From the sequence record NC_028659.1: a stretch of DNA of 64,000 nt; one strand, given 5' to 3'. Shown one piece after another: positions 9,061 through 19,450 of this stretch. The stretch comes from Klebsiella phage vB_KpnM_KB57. The position numbers and the translations under genes were made by a program. The notes under the pieces are model-generated. The model did not search any database and was not told the DNA's origin. It saw nothing but the letters and a program-made list of their open reading frames with translations. Positions within the stretch are counted from its first letter, which is position 1, and every line of letters begins with the position of its first letter.

Positions 9061-9655
9061 ACCGATGAATATAGGTATTGATGTCGACCTAACTTTTGTA
9101 GATTCTGGTACTCCTTGGCTTCATTGGTTGGAACTGATGTATGGCGTTAAGGCCGACTGTAGTTTGCCACCCCCGAACCCACAGGGGAAGACTTACTATA
9201 ATCTTTCTAAATATTTTCCACCCGCGAAGGTGAATCAATTACCTCCGTATGAGTTCTGGGAAGACCCTTATTTGTACGATAGGCTGAAACCACGCCCTGG
9301 CGCTGTTGAAGCAGTGGCCGCATTTGCTGAAGCTGGCCACTTCAACCAATTTGTATCATACTGCAAAAAGGGACACTTCTCGTCTAAGGTACGCTTCTTG
9401 AAACGTGAGACAGAAGAGTTCTTCAGCCTTGAGCCGGGTTCTGGTCATGGTTTTTATGCGACGAAGAACAAAGCCGGTCTTAAGCTTGAAGTCATTATTG
9501 ATGATCGCAATGAATTCCTGAATCAGTTCGGAGATGACGTACTTAAGATTAAGTTCTGGACGCCGTATGACCAATCTGAGGAGTTGAAAGTCTCGATTGA
9601 CCTTGAGACATCCGACTGGAGTCATATTCAGGACTTTATTCTGGACCTCTCCTGA
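9050..9655 (+). CDS. HAD-family 5'(3')-deoxyribonucleotidase
   Basis: IGIDVDLT HAD motif I (DxDxT), IIDD motif IV. Confidence 0.55.
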   Translation, partial: TMRKPMNIGIDVDLTFVDSGTPWLHWLELMYGVKADCSLPPPNPQGKTYYNLSKYFPPAKVNQLPPYEFWEDPYLYDRLKPRPGAVEAVAAFAEAGHFNQFVSYCKKGHFSSKVRFLKRETEEFFSLEPGSGHGFYATKNKAGLKLEVIIDDRNEFLNQFGDDVLKIKFWTPYDQSEELKVSIDLETSDWSHIQDFILDLS

Positions 9656-9855
9656 TGAAAAGGAATAGATGCGAGGGCGGTGATTTCATCGTCCGTCAGG
9701 GTAAGTGGTACGAAGTGTTCGATGAGAAGGATAATTTCGTGTACTCATTCAAAGCGACAAGCGACATGTGTAAGAATGTGCTTAACCGCTACTTGGTGTT
9801 CAAGGCAGACCTTGATCCAAATGTTAACTACAAAATTAAGAGGGTTGGAAAATGA
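9655..9855 (+). CDS. hypothetical protein
   Basis: 66-aa ORF. Confidence 0.4.
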   Translation: MKRNRCEGGDFIVRQGKWYEVFDEKDNFVYSFKATSDMCKNVLNRYLVFKADLDPNVNYKIKRVGK

Positions 9856-10169
9856 CAAAGGATGAAATGGCGGAACACATCCGTACACAAGCAACGGCTC
9901 GTGTGAATCGTGTTATTGAAGGGATGTTCCCAGGTACAGGACTGACTGCGGATATCATGGGAATTGATGCAGATTTTAATAAAGGTCTTTTTGATGACGT
10001 CTATCTGAACTTATTCTCTCTCAGCGAACTGGAAGAGATTATTACCCCCCAGATCAAATACAAAGGCCGTCTTGCTGAACTTGACCTGCTAGTTGAAACT
10101 GCCGTCGCCGCCCGTATGGCTGAAAACCAAGACAAGATTATTGAGAAATTAGGAGCAATGAGTGAGTAA
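9852..10169 (+). CDS. hypothetical protein
   Basis: 105-aa ORF. Confidence 0.45.
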   Translation: MTKDEMAEHIRTQATARVNRVIEGMFPGTGLTADIMGIDADFNKGLFDDVYLNLFSLSELEEIITPQIKYKGRLAELDLLVETAVAARMAENQDKIIEKLGAMSE

Positions 10170-11181
10170 TTTGATTTCCGTAAAAATTGTAGCTGACAGC
10201 ATTTCACCTTCTGGTTCTCGGATCACAACTTTCGAGCTTGAATATCCACGAATTATTCACAGTGAGTTGATGACTCACCGACTGTTAAGTAGGAATGCGA
10301 TGAGCAGTCGTGCTATTCCGATCAATAAGATGATCGACCAAGTACGTAATGACCCCGCAATGCCAGTTAAGTTCGGAAAGAATCAGCCGGGTATGCAGGA
10401 TGCTGGTGAACATGGGGCCTATGTAATGTACGAATGGGATGGCCTCACTTATGTGAATACCGCAGAAATGGCGTGGCGAGCTGCTGGACAATCTGCCTGT
10501 ATCTTTGCTGAGGCTTTCTCAAATGCGGGTTACCACAAACAGATTGCAAACCGCCTCCTAGAACCATACCAAAGGATGAAGACAGTTGTCACCGCTACAG
10601 ACTGGAATAACTTCTTCTGGTTGCGTGTTGATAAGGATGCTGATCCTACGATCTATGAACTAGCTAAGGCAATGAAAGAGGCTAGCGATAACTCTATCCC
10701 AGACCCTCTTGAACCGGGACAGTGGCATACACCATACGTTGACCACGTTTATGGCTTTGAAGATATCGACGACAAAGAGTGTGCAGTATTTGAAGGCTAT
10801 TGCGTTCTTGACGAAGAGAACAAGCCTGTAATGCTGACCCTAGAAGAGGCTTTGGCTGTTTCCGCATCTTGTTGTGCTCAGGTGTCTTATCGTGTTCTGA
10901 ATACGAGCAAAGAAAAGGCTCTGGATATCTATGAGAAGTTGGTGAGTGGTAACAAGGTTCATGCCTCTCCATTCGAACATCAGGCTACACCTATGGCAGA
11001 ATACAGGGAAATTGAGAACTCTGATTATTTAACTATCGGGCATATTAACTTTCCCCGTGATCCAAGCTCTTGGGAAGAAGGTATCACACACGCAGATCGT
11101 CAAGGGCAACTCTGGTCCGGTAACCTGCGTGGGTGGCGACAACATCGCCAGTTAGTGCCTGACAATGCAATTTCAGGTTGA
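10162..11181 (+). CDS. thyX: flavin-dependent thymidylate synthase ThyX
   Basis: THRLLSRNAMSSR fits the ThyX signature RHRxxSxxxxSxR. Confidence 0.7.
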   Translation: MSNLISVKIVADSISPSGSRITTFELEYPRIIHSELMTHRLLSRNAMSSRAIPINKMIDQVRNDPAMPVKFGKNQPGMQDAGEHGAYVMYEWDGLTYVNTAEMAWRAAGQSACIFAEAFSNAGYHKQIANRLLEPYQRMKTVVTATDWNNFFWLRVDKDADPTIYELAKAMKEASDNSIPDPLEPGQWHTPYVDHVYGFEDIDDKECAVFEGYCVLDEENKPVMLTLEEALAVSASCCAQVSYRVLNTSKEKALDIYEKLVSGNKVHASPFEHQATPMAEYREIENSDYLTIGHINFPRDPSSWEEGITHADRQGQLWSGNLRGWRQHRQLVPDNAISG

Positions 11182-11206
11182 CAAAGATATAGTTAATTCG
11201 TATCTT
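11178..11206 (+). promoter_or_regulatory. sigma70-type promoter TTGACA-17-TATCTT
   Basis: TTGACA 11178-11183 overlapping the thyX stop. Confidence 0.4.
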
Positions 11207-11261
11207 AGAAGCATATTAATTAGGGGCGATTTTGCCCCTTGTCAGGCAGAATGGAGATTAC

Positions 11262-11741
11262 ATGAGTAAAGAAAAACGCAAGCCACCCCAACACATTTCG
11301 GTCACCATTGACTTCCTGAGAACGGTCCCAGGGTTTGATGTCCAGAAAGATAATGACCTCCGCGCTGCCTTATACGCACTCGGTTTTCAGGTTACCGATA
11401 AAGATGGGAATCCTAAACACGTAACTGTGTTCCAAAACAAAAATGTAAGATGTGCCAACATGCCATCGACGTATCGTAAGACAATGATTTTTGTAGGAGA
11501 AATGCGACCTGATTATAAATACGCGAAGATATACAACGGTGTTGAAATCCTTGATGTAGGGGTTTATTCAGGCAGTGATATGGAATTTGTTTTAGATCTT
11601 CCTTACGACATCCCTGTAATTGAAAAAGTTAACACCCGCAAGTATACCAAGCGAGGTGATCGACCAGAGACATTTGAAATCACTTTCGATATTGAAGACG
11701 AAGCTCGTCTGGGCGATGTATTTGGCCTGGAGGACGAATGA
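11262..11741 (+). CDS. hypothetical protein
   Basis: ORF 11232-11741; ATG 11262 is the best start. Confidence 0.45.
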   Translation: MSKEKRKPPQHISVTIDFLRTVPGFDVQKDNDLRAALYALGFQVTDKDGNPKHVTVFQNKNVRCANMPSTYRKTMIFVGEMRPDYKYAKIYNGVEILDVGVYSGSDMEFVLDLPYDIPVIEKVNTRKYTKRGDRPETFEITFDIEDEARLGDVFGLEDE

Positions 11742-11968
11742 GTAAAGAAAAAACGAAATGGAAAGACCGTGGCTTCGATGATAAGCATCATTATGCCGGG
11801 TGGCTCTACTTCAACGATTTAACCGATGACAGTAAAATGTACGACGATGTTTACTATGATGAGTTTTCTGGTAAAATAGTTAACATCGTTGCGCCAGATC
11901 AAAACGAGAAAGACGATCAGGATGTTGACGAGGCAGATAAGTTTTTGTCTCAATTTGAAGAAGAATAA
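11738..11968 (+). CDS. hypothetical acidic protein
   Basis: 76-aa ORF. Confidence 0.45.
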   Translation: MSKEKTKWKDRGFDDKHHYAGWLYFNDLTDDSKMYDDVYYDEFSGKIVNIVAPDQNEKDDQDVDEADKFLSQFEEE

Positions 11969-11977
11969 GGGGAAAGT

Positions 11978-14287
11978 TTGATCAATACAGTTGTGAAGAG
12001 TGATGGCAGTGTGGTTCCATTTGAACCAGAACGTCTAAACAAGGCCGCTATCTTTGGTGATGACGGTAATGGTAACTGGTCGTATATCTCAATGGATGCA
12101 TATAAGCGACTGTATGACGGCTGCACCACTCGTGAAGTTAACCAGGCATTGATCGACGCCTGTGTGAGTCGTAAAGACGAAGCCCATTCACGGATGGCTG
12201 GGCGCGTCCTGATTGGACAAATCTACAAGGAAGCTTTTGGCGGATTTAAGAAAATCCCAAGCCTTACCGAGTTTTACCAGGACATGGTGATGCGTGGGTA
12301 CTGGGAAGAAATGGGCTATACTGGACCTGAGCTGTTAAACTTTGACCAAGTCATTGACCACAGTAAGGACCTGAGTTATGGGTATGCGGTTCTGAAACAG
12401 TTCCGGGATAAGTATGGCATCAAAGATAACATCAATGATATCCTGTTCGAATCCCCACAGATGATGTTCATGGGTATTGCTATGGCTGTTATGAAGAATA
12501 TGCCATTATCCCGTAGGAAGAATGACGTCATCAGACTGTATACGTATCTCTCTGATCTTAAGATCAATGCACCAACGCCGTACCTGAATGGGTTGCGTAC
12601 TGGTAAAACTGGATATGCATCCTGTTGCATTATCAAAGCAGACGATACAGCTAAAAGTATTGGTGTTGCTCGTGAGGTGGCATACACTATGACGGTAGCA
12701 CAAGCGGGGATTGGATATTATCTGTCTTCTCGTTCTATCGGCGATGGTGTTCGTGACAATACGATCAAGCATATGGGTAAACTCCCTTATTACCGTGGAA
12801 TTGATGTCGGTGTTAAGGAAAATCGCCAACAATCCCGTGGTGGTTCTGCAACGGTATCTTTCCTTGCGCTAGACCCGCAAGTTGAAGAACTGATGCGCCT
12901 TCGTAACCCGATGACGGTTACCTCAAAGCGTATAAATACGATGGACTATTCGATCGGTGTCAACCACTCGTTCATGAATCGAGTGGCTAAGAATCTGGAC
13001 TGGATGTTGGTGTCGTATAAGGATGCCCCTCAGCTGCATGAGGGTATGTTCCGAATGACAATGCAGGAGTTTGATGCTGAGGTTGCCCGTGTAGCAGCAG
13101 ATACGAAGATTCCAAAAACTTGGGTGAAGGCGCGTGATCTGGCAATGGAGCTGATCACTCAACGTGCAGAAACTGGTCGTCTTTATGTTTACTGGCCTGA
13201 CGAAATGAACCGTCATACGCCATTTCTTGAGACAATCTATTCATCTAACCTGTGTCAAGAAATCTGTCTACCAACAAAAGGGTATACAGATATGCGGAAC
13301 ATTTTCAACCCGACTGTCGATGATGGTGAAGTTGCATTGTGCTTTATCGCCTCTCTTGTTGCTGGTCGTATTTCCGAAGAAGAGTACGAGGATGTTGCTT
13401 ACTACACCGTCCTGATGATCGACAACGTTATGGATATCATGGATTATCCATATGAGAACATGAAGTACACAGCCGAATCTCGTCGTTCGATTGGTGTTGG
13501 CCTGACCAACCTTGCACACTACATCGCGAAACACAAAGTCGCGTATGGTTCTCCTGAGAGCAAACAGTTGGTTCACGATCTGGCAGAACTGCATAGCTTC
13601 AGCCTGCATAAGGCAAGTCTGCGACTGGCTAAAGAGCGTGGTGTTGCTCCGTGGATGAATAAGACTAAGTACCGCAGTTGGTTGCCTATCGATACCTATA
13701 ATAAGGCAGTTGATAGTGTTGTGAAGAATCCGAGCCTGAAGCAGGACTGGGAAACTTTGCGCCAGGAAATCATCGAAAATGGTGGTATCCGTAACAGTGT
13801 TCTGGAAGCTTATATGCCGAACGAAAGTTCATCATTGGCTACCAACACAACAAATGGCCTGTATCCGGTACGTGACCATGTGATCTTCAAGAAATCTCCT
13901 CAAGGCTCTGTGCTGTTTATCGTGCCCGAGTATGAAGAGCTGAAGGAATATTACACGTCGGCTTGGGATATCGATACGAATGACTTGATTGATATCTATG
14001 CAATCATTCAGAAGTTCGCAGGGCAAGCAATTAGTGCGGATCTTTACATCGACTATACCCAGTTACCTGATGGTAAGATTTCCATGAAACAACAACTGGG
14101 ATATCTGATCCGCGCCACGAAGATGGGGATGAAGACATGGTATTACCTGAACTCCAAGGTTGGGGCGGGAGACTCCCTCACTGAGGAACTTCATGCTAAA
14201 GCAAAAGCTGAGGAAGAGACAAGGGCTGTTGCACCACTTATCGCCGGGGATACTGAAGATCCTTATTGCGAAAGTTGTTCTTTATAA
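11978..14287 (+). CDS. nrdA: ribonucleoside-diphosphate reductase alpha subunit (class Ia)
   Basis: 769 aa; NLCQEICLPT active-site block; terminal Cys pair; TTG start. Confidence 0.9.
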   Translation: MINTVVKSDGSVVPFEPERLNKAAIFGDDGNGNWSYISMDAYKRLYDGCTTREVNQALIDACVSRKDEAHSRMAGRVLIGQIYKEAFGGFKKIPSLTEFYQDMVMRGYWEEMGYTGPELLNFDQVIDHSKDLSYGYAVLKQFRDKYGIKDNINDILFESPQMMFMGIAMAVMKNMPLSRRKNDVIRLYTYLSDLKINAPTPYLNGLRTGKTGYASCCIIKADDTAKSIGVAREVAYTMTVAQAGIGYYLSSRSIGDGVRDNTIKHMGKLPYYRGIDVGVKENRQQSRGGSATVSFLALDPQVEELMRLRNPMTVTSKRINTMDYSIGVNHSFMNRVAKNLDWMLVSYKDAPQLHEGMFRMTMQEFDAEVARVAADTKIPKTWVKARDLAMELITQRAETGRLYVYWPDEMNRHTPFLETIYSSNLCQEICLPTKGYTDMRNIFNPTVDDGEVALCFIASLVAGRISEEEYEDVAYYTVLMIDNVMDIMDYPYENMKYTAESRRSIGVGLTNLAHYIAKHKVAYGSPESKQLVHDLAELHSFSLHKASLRLAKERGVAPWMNKTKYRSWLPIDTYNKAVDSVVKNPSLKQDWETLRQEIIENGGIRNSVLEAYMPNESSSLATNTTNGLYPVRDHVIFKKSPQGSVLFIVPEYEELKEYYTSAWDIDTNDLIDIYAIIQKFAGQAISADLYIDYTQLPDGKISMKQQLGYLIRATKMGMKTWYYLNSKVGAGDSLTEELHAKAKAEEETRAVAPLIAGDTEDPYCESCSL

Positions 14288-14293
14288 GTTGTA

Positions 14294-14313
14294 GGGGCTT
14301 CGGCCCCGTTTTT
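14294..14313 (+). terminator. intrinsic terminator/attenuator between nrdA and nrdB
   Basis: GGGGCTTCGGCCCC hairpin plus GTTTTT. Confidence 0.6.
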
Positions 14314-14324
14314 GAGGAGAGAAA

Positions 14325-15413
14325 ATGGCAGTTTTTAACGTAGAAAACACCGCACATAAGACCGGGGACTACCCACTGTTCCTTGGTCAACAGATGGGGA
14401 TGTATGACTCCATCAATAAAAAGTATCCGCAACTGTTTGACCTGTATAAAAAGCAGAAAGAACAGGACTGGTCAGAAGATGAAGTTGAACTGAGCCAGTC
14501 TATCACTGACTTTGCTACTTGCAGCAAATCGACTTACGACGTCATGGTGCAGACCCTGATGTGGCAATGGGAAGCTGATAGTGTTGCAGCACAGTCTATC
14601 ATCTGTCTGTTTGCACCGTTCATCACGAATAGTGAACTGTTCGCCATGATGATGAAGCAATCAGAGATTGAAGTCCTACATGCTCTGACGTATTCTGATA
14701 TTGTTCGTCAATGTCTGCCTAATTCTCGCCAGATCATTGAAGATATTCAGAACAACCAGGCAGTCCTTGAACGCTCTGGCGTCATTGTCAAATTCATGCG
14801 TGAATTAGAGATCCTCGGTGCTCGATACCGTATTGACCCGGACTCTGTTGACAAAGAGGAAATCCGTCGAGGAATCCTGAGAGCGATGTTCTCCCTGTTG
14901 GGGCTGGAAGGTATTGAATTCATCTCTAGCTTTGCCTGTACGTTCGCTCTTGCAGAACAGGGTGTTTTTGTCCAGGTGGGGCAGCTGGTGCAGAAAATTA
15001 TGTTGGATGAGATGCTGCATACCAAGATGGATTTCGGAGTTATCGATATCCTTCTGAAAGACCCGGTATGGAAGGCCAGTTTTATCGCAATCAAGCACGA
15101 GCTGAAAGCAATTCTGGATGAAGTTCGTACCAATGAATATGGTTGGGGCGATTATCTCTTCAGTGAAGGCCGTGCGATCATCGGGTTGAACGCTCCATTG
15201 CTGAAAGATTGGACTGACTGGAACTGTGCTCCGATCTACGATTACTACGGCATTGAAAAAGATTTCGTAGCACCAAAACGTGATCCTCTCCCGTTCATGG
15301 ATGTTTGGATGAACCCTTCCAAGCAACAGAATGCGAATCAGGAACAAACAAACACTGATTATCGTCTTAATGCGACAGTCAATGACGCTGAAGATGAAGT
15401 CTGGGATTTTTAA
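14325..15413 (+). CDS. nrdB: ribonucleoside-diphosphate reductase beta subunit
   Basis: 362 aa, di-iron carboxylate helix pattern; immediately follows nrdA. Confidence 0.85.
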   Translation: MAVFNVENTAHKTGDYPLFLGQQMGMYDSINKKYPQLFDLYKKQKEQDWSEDEVELSQSITDFATCSKSTYDVMVQTLMWQWEADSVAAQSIICLFAPFITNSELFAMMMKQSEIEVLHALTYSDIVRQCLPNSRQIIEDIQNNQAVLERSGVIVKFMRELEILGARYRIDPDSVDKEEIRRGILRAMFSLLGLEGIEFISSFACTFALAEQGVFVQVGQLVQKIMLDEMLHTKMDFGVIDILLKDPVWKASFIAIKHELKAILDEVRTNEYGWGDYLFSEGRAIIGLNAPLLKDWTDWNCAPIYDYYGIEKDFVAPKRDPLPFMDVWMNPSKQQNANQEQTNTDYRLNATVNDAEDEVWDF

Positions 15414-15422
15414 GGAGTAATA

Positions 15423-15770
15423 ATGGATAGCGCCAATTTTGAATCTGTAGTATACGACCCGTCCAAGCTGGTAGTTACTTTTGGAGGCGAGCGTGTGGTA
15501 GGCTTCTCAAGTGATATGAAAATTTCCATTTCCCGTCGATTGCACGGAGTAGCTAAGGCTAAAATCTATTTACAGGCTACCAGCCCTTGGGTATTAAAGC
15601 TTAAACAGGCGCTAGGCCATCCTGCAAGGGTTGAGGCAGCGTATCCCGTTTTTGGCAGTCTATCAGAGTCCATGCGTTTCGTTGGGGACTTGGTAGTTAA
15701 AGGGTATGATGTTGACTACACATCAGAAATCCCAGTATTCACATTCCTTCTTGAATCGGAGAAACAATGA
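15423..15770 (+). CDS. hypothetical protein
   Basis: 115-aa ORF. Confidence 0.45.
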   Translation: MDSANFESVVYDPSKLVVTFGGERVVGFSSDMKISISRRLHGVAKAKIYLQATSPWVLKLKQALGHPARVEAAYPVFGSLSESMRFVGDLVVKGYDVDYTSEIPVFTFLLESEKQ

Positions 15771-16039
15771 ATCTGAAGAATTCAACCTTCACCATTTATG
15801 GTAAGGATAACTGCTTACACTGCGTCCGTGCGAAGGAGTTTGCCATTGCAAATGGGATCGAGTATATCTATCTGACACTCGGGAAGAATTACACCAAGGA
15901 AGAGCTGGTGGAGCAGTGCGCCCCGGTTATCCCTCGCACCGTCCCGCAGATTTTCCGTGAGACGGACTCCTCAACGGAGTACATTGGTGGCGCGGATGAC
16001 TTCATTGCTTTTGTGCAAAAACATATGAAATCCTGTTGA
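15767..16039 (+). CDS. glutaredoxin/NrdH-like redoxin
   Basis: YGKDNCLHCVRAKEF CxxC motif; adjacent to nrdAB. Confidence 0.6.
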   Translation: MNLKNSTFTIYGKDNCLHCVRAKEFAIANGIEYIYLTLGKNYTKEELVEQCAPVIPRTVPQIFRETDSSTEYIGGADDFIAFVQKHMKSC

Positions 16040-16064
16040 CATAGCAACCTTCTGTCTGTATGAT
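16036..16064 (+). promoter_or_regulatory. promoter TTGACA-17-TATGAT with conserved TTATGTAA downstream box
   Basis: TTGACA 16036-16041, TATGAT 16059-16064, then TTATGTAA. Confidence 0.55.
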
Positions 16065-16118
16065 TTATGTAATCCTGCCGAGAAATCTGTCCGGCGGGAA
16101 ATTTAGAGGAGAATTCGA

Positions 16119-16259
16119 ATGAGTAAAAAAGCACTGCGTAAGGCATATACCAAGGAACTGGCTCTGGAACTGCGTGGCAAAAAGCCGAAGAATAAACGCT
16201 CTTCTGATGAAGAACTTCAGCAACTTGCAGCAGACGCTGCCGCTCGCGGGGGTTACTAA
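16119..16259 (+). CDS. small basic protein (46 aa)
   Basis: AGAGGAG RBS then ATG 16119; stop overlaps next ATG (TAATG); below the track length cutoff. Confidence 0.45.
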   Translation: MSKKALRKAYTKELALELRGKKPKNKRSSDEELQQLAADAAARGGY

Positions 16260-16639
16260 TGTCAAAAAAGGCCGAAGTTGTAACCACTGACTTACGACCT
16301 TCTCTGGCAAAGGAGTTTGTTTCTCTGGTGTGGGACCGACTGATCGGGGATTTTGCTACTGGATTGCAGGTGCAGGTTGAAAGTCTCCAGAACATGGTGA
16401 AGGGAGAGAAAGACGTATATTTTGCCAAGGAAATAAAGGAGAAAAAAGAACGCCTTCGTAAAACTCTCTCTACAGGGGTTCAACAGAAAGTGTTTGATAA
16501 ATTGGTCTGCCAGTTGGCAGAGGCTTTGACAGAAGAAGAGCTGAGATACGCGATCTTCCAAGAGAAGATTACGATCAAGATTCATGGGGTAGCCTCCCAG
16601 CTCGAAGCGGCTTTTGAAGAGGCAGTGGGAGAGGCCTAA
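16259..16639 (+). CDS. hypothetical protein
   Basis: 126-aa ORF. Confidence 0.45.
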   Translation: MSKKAEVVTTDLRPSLAKEFVSLVWDRLIGDFATGLQVQVESLQNMVKGEKDVYFAKEIKEKKERLRKTLSTGVQQKVFDKLVCQLAEALTEEELRYAIFQEKITIKIHGVASQLEAAFEEAVGEA

Positions 16640-16657
16640 CCTGAAAAAGGAGGTCTT

Positions 16658-17212
16658 TTGAAACTTACGCTGGAACAACTCAACAAAATATTTCCGAATG
16701 GCGCGAAGGCTGGCAGAAATGCCAAGTTTATTGGTCCTTTGAATGATTTGTTTGAGAAGGGTGGTATTAATACTGTCAACCGCATTGCCGGATTCCTTTC
16801 CCAAATCGGTGTGGAGTCCGCAGAGTTCCTGTATACCAGAGAGCTTGGAAACAATGCCTACTTTAATAAGTATGATACCGGACCAATTGCAAAGCGACTT
16901 GGCAATACACCAGAAAAGGATGGTGACGGAGCTAAGTACAAGGGACGTGGTCTGATCCAAGTCACCGGGCTTGCAAACTACAAAGCTTGTGGTAAAGCCT
17001 TAGGGTTGGATCTCGTCAATCACCCTGAATTACTTGAACAGCCGAAATATGCAGTTGACAGCGCTGGTTGGTACTGGAACATGAGAAACATCAACGCCGC
17101 TTGCGATGCTGATGATATCACCAAAATCACCAAGCTGGTAAATGGCGGGACTAACCACCTCGCAGAAAGAACCGCATACTACAAAAAGGCAAAATCTGTT
17201 CTAACCTCTTAA
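16658..17212 (+). CDS. endolysin, glycoside hydrolase family 19-like
   Basis: YKGRGLIQVTG matches the GH19 G-R-G-x-I-Q signature; TTG start after AAGGAGG. Confidence 0.7.
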   Translation: MKLTLEQLNKIFPNGAKAGRNAKFIGPLNDLFEKGGINTVNRIAGFLSQIGVESAEFLYTRELGNNAYFNKYDTGPIAKRLGNTPEKDGDGAKYKGRGLIQVTGLANYKACGKALGLDLVNHPELLEQPKYAVDSAGWYWNMRNINAACDADDITKITKLVNGGTNHLAERTAYYKKAKSVLTS

Positions 17213-17222
17213 GGAGAACCAC

Positions 17223-18011
17223 ATGGGAAGAAGCAAAGAGGCTCGTGCAACCAAACTCAGCGTTCGCCAGCAACAACGTGCTGAGAGACAAGCCAAGCAC
17301 CACCCTAAATTCGATGAGGAAAGGAATAGCGCTCCACCGCTGACTCCTCTGAATGACAAGCAGCAAGATTACCTTCACAAGTTGCAAACTTGCAATATTG
17401 TTATCGCAAAAGGTATCTTCGGTACAGGTAAAACTTACCTGGCATCGGCCTACGCTGCTGATCTGCTCCGTAAGAATGAACTCGACAAGATCATTGTCGC
17501 TCGCCCTTATGTGCAGACGGGTAAAACCTCCGGCTTCAAACCGGGAACATCGTTGGAAAAACTCTTCCCGTATGTTCGTAACATGTTAGACACCATCCGT
17601 AAACGTATGGGCGACGGTGCCTATTACAATGCGCTTAAAGATGGTCTGAATGGGCGTATTGAAGTTCAGGAATTGGAAAGCATCCGTGGTCGTTCATTCG
17701 ATGAAAGAAGCTATCTCCTGATCGACGAAGCCCAGCAGAGTACCCCAGAGGAAATGTTGAGTATCATCACACGTATCTCTGACAACTGTACACTCGTGGT
17801 CATGGGGGATGCCTCTCAGAAAGATATCCACGGAATCTCCGGTCTGGAGTGGGTGGAAGATTTCCTGAGCCGGAACGGGATCGCGGGTGTGGGTATTGTA
17901 AACTTCGACAACCCAGATGATGACATCGTCCGTGGTGGTATGGTTCGTGACATTGCCAAGGCGTTAATCGCCGACCGTGCAGAAGGACGCTATACCCCAC
18001 TGGCTTCGTAA
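17223..18011 (+). CDS. phoH: PhoH-like ATPase
   Basis: Walker A GTGKTYLA plus DEAQ Walker B. Confidence 0.85.
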   Translation: MGRSKEARATKLSVRQQQRAERQAKHHPKFDEERNSAPPLTPLNDKQQDYLHKLQTCNIVIAKGIFGTGKTYLASAYAADLLRKNELDKIIVARPYVQTGKTSGFKPGTSLEKLFPYVRNMLDTIRKRMGDGAYYNALKDGLNGRIEVQELESIRGRSFDERSYLLIDEAQQSTPEEMLSIITRISDNCTLVVMGDASQKDIHGISGLEWVEDFLSRNGIAGVGIVNFDNPDDDIVRGGMVRDIAKALIADRAEGRYTPLAS

Positions 18012-18020
18012 CGGAGGATT

Positions 18021-18659
18021 ATGGCTTATTATACAGGCGTGGGGTCGAGGGAGACCCCTCCTGAGGTTATCAGCATCATGGAAGATGCTGGTTTCCGCCT
18101 TGCAAGGTGCGGATTCACCTTGAGAAGTGGAAAAGCAGGTGGCGCAGATGAAGCATTCCAGGTCGGAATGCAAAAATATTACGAATCTCTTGACAATGGG
18201 AAGCAAGAAGAGTATCGTACACATTTGGCGGAGATCTATATCCCCTGGGATGGATTTGCATCTGACAATGACAATCTCTGGGATTTCTGGGATTATCCTT
18301 TAGATTATCTTGATTATCTGATTCCCGACCAAAAGGTTGTACGTGAGGAACTGGTTGAGGAGATTCATCCTAATTTTGAAGCTCTTAAAAGAAAAAGAGG
18401 AGCTTTTGCGCTCCATTCTCGTAATGTGCATCAAGTCTTGGGGGCCAATATCCTCGATCCACGTCCCTCTGCATTTTGTTTGTACTATGCCAAAGAAGAT
18501 AGGAACGGAAATCCTAAGGGAGGTACTGCAACCGCAGTTAATTTAGCCAGAAAGTACGGAGTTCGGGTTCTTAACCTGAACACACCTGATAAACTAGCCT
18601 TGTTGGAGAGGTTCTTAAGATCCTTGGAGGAAAAACGTGGCATCCAGATTTCGCGATAA
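18021..18659 (+). CDS. SLOG/DprA-LOG-like Rossmann nucleotide-binding protein
   Basis: YTGVGSRETP...LRSGKAGGADEAFQVG resembles DprA/SLOG glycine-rich motifs. Confidence 0.4.
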   Translation: MAYYTGVGSRETPPEVISIMEDAGFRLARCGFTLRSGKAGGADEAFQVGMQKYYESLDNGKQEEYRTHLAEIYIPWDGFASDNDNLWDFWDYPLDYLDYLIPDQKVVREELVEEIHPNFEALKRKRGAFALHSRNVHQVLGANILDPRPSAFCLYYAKEDRNGNPKGGTATAVNLARKYGVRVLNLNTPDKLALLERFLRSLEEKRGIQISR

Positions 18660-18948
18660 GCTTAATAATTCTTATTGTCTCGTTAAAGTTGATGGGCTGG
18701 GGTGGTCAGTTGGTAAAATCGGTAACAAAGTGATTTTCATTACTTACAAGGATGGCGGGATGAAAAACATCTGTAACACAGACGATACTGATTTATTCAG
18801 ATACTTCCTGGAATCCATTGAGTATCAAAGTAAGAGAGAGTTATTCGTTGGTGACAAGGTCAACGTTGATAAGTTCGGACCGTACTATGTGGTAGATATC
18901 GGTCACCGTGAGAAAGACGGGAGTATTAAGTACCTTATAGCTCGATAG
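18637..18948 (+). CDS. hypothetical protein
   Basis: 103-aa ORF. Confidence 0.45.
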   Translation: MASRFRDKLNNSYCLVKVDGLGWSVGKIGNKVIFITYKDGGMKNICNTDDTDLFRYFLESIEYQSKRELFVGDKVNVDKFGPYYVVDIGHREKDGSIKYLIAR

Positions 18949-18955
18949 GAGGAGT

Positions 18956-19450
18956 ATGACAGTTAGTATTCATGGGATTCTTTCCCATCGGAGACTGATG
19001 GAACTGAAGAATTGTGGAGTCGTCGAGCCTGAATTTTTCGAGTCCGAGGTGACAAAGTATTACAATCTCTATCTAAAGGTTGTGGCTGAATCACTTTATA
19101 GAATGAATGACGGGTTCTTTACCCGGATGATTTATAGTCGTTCCGCTGCCGAGCGGGATGCCTCTTGGATGTTCCCGGATCGTCGTGACCTGTTGGAACA
19201 TTTGATTTACCTAGATGGAAAATCTCAGTACGTGAGTTTGACCAAAGAAGAGCTTAACCACTTTACGCTGTTGCATCAAGCGGCAGTAGCCTCAGAACGC
19301 GCCAAGAGGGTACTCCTGTGCTTTAAGTACAGCGACCAAGTCCTTGTGGATGATGATTCAGGGTTCAATATAGACTGGTTGTTACGGAATGCATATACAT
19401 TACGACAACTGATTGTAGACGCGAATGGGGAGACACAAGATGCAGAATAA
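18956..19450 (+). CDS. hypothetical protein
   Basis: 164-aa ORF. Confidence 0.45.
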   Translation: MTVSIHGILSHRRLMELKNCGVVEPEFFESEVTKYYNLYLKVVAESLYRMNDGFFTRMIYSRSAAERDASWMFPDRRDLLEHLIYLDGKSQYVSLTKEELNHFTLLHQAAVASERAKRVLLCFKYSDQVLVDDDSGFNIDWLLRNAYTLRQLIVDANGETQDAE

